From: a virus
Taxonomy: Duplodnaviria; Heunggongvirae; Uroviricota; Caudoviricetes
Strand: one strand, 5' to 3'
Length of the DNA stretch: 30,164 nucleotides
Virus record (IMG/VR): IMGVR_UViG_2737471850_000006
Below are positions 28,034 to 30,164 of the stretch, in pieces (the first letter of the stretch is position 1; every line of letters starts with the position of its first letter). A model generated the notes under the pieces. It was not told where the DNA came from. It did no database searches and was given only the letters and a program-made list of their open reading frames with translations. The position numbers and the translations under genes were made by a program.

Positions 28034-29116
28034 ATGGCTTATTCACCACCGACATTATCATCGCTGATTGCCCGTACAGAACAGAATATTGAACAGCGCC
28101 TGCCGGGTAGCTGGCCTCAGGCCCGTGAAAAAACGCTGAGTGCCATTGCTTATGCTCAGGCGGGCCTTGCTGCCGGTTGTCACGAGCATATTTCATGGGT
28201 TGGACGGCAGATTATCCCGTCGACAGCAGATGAAGATGAGTTGCTGGAGCACTGCCGGTTCTGGGGCGTGCGCCGCAAACAGGCGACAGCCGCCAGCGGC
28301 CCGCTGACTGTCACCACATCGGCAGCGACCACCATTCCTGCCGGTACACGCTGGCAGCGTGCTGATGGTGTGGTTTACAGCCTGGCTGATGTCATTGTGA
28401 TTGACCGTGCAGGAACGACGGAAATTACCGTTACCGCACTGGCTGCCGGTGAAGCAGGAAATACCGGTGAGAATACCCTTTTAACGTTGATCACCCCGGT
28501 TGCCTGTGTTGTTTCCGATGCCATCACTGTAAAAGGGTTTTCCGGTGGGGCTGATATTGAGAGTGCAGCGGAGCTGCTGTCACGGCTGGAATATCGTGTC
28601 CAGTATCCTCCGTTCGGCGGTAATCAGTTTGATTACGTCCGCTGGGCACGTGAAGTCAGCGGCGTTACCCGTGCCTGGTGTTTTCCGACATGGAAAGGCG
28701 GTGGCACAGTCGGGGTGACGTTTGTTATGGATAACCGGAGCAATATTTTTCCACAACCGGCAGACGTGGAACGCGTGGCAGATTATATCGCCGGTCATAC
28801 TGACCCGATCACCGGTCTGATTGTCGGACAGCCTGACGGTGTAAATGTCACTGTATTTGCGCCAAAGGCAAAGCCGGTAAATCCACGGATTTATATATCA
28901 CCGAAGACAGCCGAACTGAAACAGGCTATTACCCACGCCATTAATACCATGTTTTTTAATGAGGTGACGCCGGGCGGCGCACTTGCCCCCTCCCGTATTA
29001 TCCGTGCGGTGGCAGGTGTTACCGGTCTGGATGATTTTGAAGTGCGTTTCCCGACAGAGATCCAGCGTTCGGAGAATACGGAACTGTTAACACCGGGGAC
29101 AATTGAATGGCTGTAA
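28034..29116 (+). CDS. W: Baseplate J-like wedge protein (360 aa)
   Basis: ATG immediately after the upstream stop; size and position match the Mu baseplate wedge gene. Confidence 0.75.
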   Translation: MAYSPPTLSSLIARTEQNIEQRLPGSWPQAREKTLSAIAYAQAGLAAGCHEHISWVGRQIIPSTADEDELLEHCRFWGVRRKQATAASGPLTVTTSAATTIPAGTRWQRADGVVYSLADVIVIDRAGTTEITVTALAAGEAGNTGENTLLTLITPVACVVSDAITVKGFSGGADIESAAELLSRLEYRVQYPPFGGNQFDYVRWAREVSGVTRAWCFPTWKGGGTVGVTFVMDNRSNIFPQPADVERVADYIAGHTDPITGLIVGQPDGVNVTVFAPKAKPVNPRIYISPKTAELKQAITHAINTMFFNEVTPGGALAPSRIIRAVAGVTGLDDFEVRFPTEIQRSENTELLTPGTIEWL

Positions 29117-29649
29117 CACCCTATCAGACGGCCTTTCTGCAATTACTGCCGTCAGGGCTTGCCTGGAATAAAAGCCCCGACAGCAAATTATCTGCGCTGG
29201 CGCAGGCCATCAGCGACGTGATTGCCACTGCGGCGGATGATGCGCGGCAAATGCTGCGGGAGCGTTTCCCGTCCACATCCCGCTGGTATCTGGGGGAGTG
29301 GGAATCATTTCTGGGGTTGCCGGACTGTACCAGCGAAAACGGCACCTTGTCCGAACGCCAGCGGGCTGCCGCGAATAAAGTGCGTATGACCGGCAATCTG
29401 AGTCGGCGCTTTTATGAATGGCTGGCTGCACAGTACGGTTTTACCGTCAGGCTGACGGATTCCACAGAAGGCCAGTGGGTTACGCAGGTCAATATTTACG
29501 GTATTAAAAATTATCGCAACGCAACGGTGCTGGATAATGTTCTGACGCCGTTACGTGTTTATGAATCGGGTGCGCTGGAATGTTTACTGGAGAAATATAA
29601 ACCCGCACATCAGATTTATAAATTTGTTTACCATGACGGAGATAACTAA
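29107..29649 (+). CDS. R: Baseplate/tail protein (180 aa)
   Basis: Overlapping start; precedes the tail-fibre gene. Confidence 0.65.
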   Translation: MAVTPYQTAFLQLLPSGLAWNKSPDSKLSALAQAISDVIATAADDARQMLRERFPSTSRWYLGEWESFLGLPDCTSENGTLSERQRAAANKVRMTGNLSRRFYEWLAAQYGFTVRLTDSTEGQWVTQVNIYGIKNYRNATVLDNVLTPLRVYESGALECLLEKYKPAHQIYKFVYHDGDN

Positions 29650-30164
29650 TGTTTTATATTGATAACGACAGCGGCGTAACCGTCATGCCGCCCGTATCCG
29701 CCCAGCGTAGTGCTATCGTTCGCTGGTTTTCAGAAGGTGACGGGAATAATGTTATCACATGGCCCGGCATGGACTGGTTTAATATTGTGCAGGCGGAGTT
29801 ATTAAACACGCTGGAAGAAGCCGGTATTCAACCGGATAAAACAAAATTAAACCAGCTTGCACTGTCCATTAAAGCCATTATGAGCAATAACGCGCTGCTG
29901 ATAAAAAATAACCTCAGCGAAATTAAAACTGCCGGGGCATCAGCACAGCGTACAGCACGTGAAAATCTGGATATCTATGATGCCAGCCTGAACAAAAAAG
30001 GACTCGTTCAGCTAACCAGTGCCACTGACAGCCCCAGTGAAACGCTGGCAGCCACCGCAAAAGCGGTGAAAATTGCGATGGATAATGCCAATGCCCGTCT
30101 GGCAAAAGACCGGAACGGAGCAGATATTCCCAATAAGCCGCTGTTTATCCAAAACCTCGGTTTA
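29649..30164 (+). CDS. S: Tail fibre protein S, N-terminal part only (truncated by window end)
   Basis: ATG at 29649 overlaps the R stop (TAATG); frame stays open for 172 codons to the window edge. Last gene before the G segment in Mu order. Confidence 0.65.
   Translation, partial: MFYIDNDSGVTVMPPVSAQRSAIVRWFSEGDGNNVITWPGMDWFNIVQAELLNTLEEAGIQPDKTKLNQLALSIKAIMSNNALLIKNNLSEIKTAGASAQRTARENLDIYDASLNKKGLVQLTSATDSPSETLAATAKAVKIAMDNANARLAKDRNGADIPNKPLFIQNLGL

Larger units (their letters stand above)
1..30164 (+). mobile_element. Mu/D108-type transposable phage or prophage, internal segment (transposase A through the 5' part of tail-fibre gene S); both ends outside window
   Basis: About 50 co-directional plus-strand ORFs in canonical Mu order (A, B, small early genes, gam, gemA, mor, C, lys, terminase, portal, head, sheath/tube, tape measure, baseplate, S). 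Several proteins (Mor, C, Gam, most of A) match Mu sequences as I remember them. No ends or flanking host DNA visible. Confidence 0.9.

Noticed and set aside
1-30164. CRISPR arrays, tRNA/rRNA genes, integrase or attachment sites, toxin-antitoxin or restriction-modification cargo
   Set aside because: I saw no periodic direct repeats, no cloverleaf-like or rRNA-like sequence, no tyrosine or serine recombinase ORF (Mu uses transposition) and no unexplained large ORFs. The phage ends lie outside the window.

Overview
The whole 30.2 kb window reads as the internal part of a Mu/D108-type transposable phage or prophage, with about 50 co-directional plus-strand genes in the canonical Mu order. It runs from the DDE transposase A (starting at or near position 1) and the AAA+ target activator B, through a block of small early genes (kil-like, Gam, GemA), Mor, three small membrane-protein ORFs, C, the SAR-endolysin/spanin lysis cassette, terminase, portal and head genes, to the contractile tail and baseplate genes, ending inside tail-fibre gene S. 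Both phage ends (c/ner/attL on the left; U, the invertible G segment, gin, com/mom and attR on the right) lie outside the window. All large structural ORFs are intact, so this looks like a functional element. I found no CRISPR array, tRNA/rRNA gene, minus-strand gene or inserted cargo, and no clearly novel multi-gene system. The features most worth follow-up are (i) a 56-codon open alternate frame bridging the tail-chaperone gene and the tape-measure gene, consistent with a programmed frameshift extension, (ii) a transposase N-terminus that differs from the Mu sequence as I remember it, (iii) the uncharacterised Cys-rich and HTH-like small early proteins, (iv) a shared motif upstream of lys and I that fits C-dependent late promoters, and (v) the structured G-I intergenic region. 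Protein identities rest on gene order, length, visible motifs and my recollection of Mu proteins; no database search was possible.
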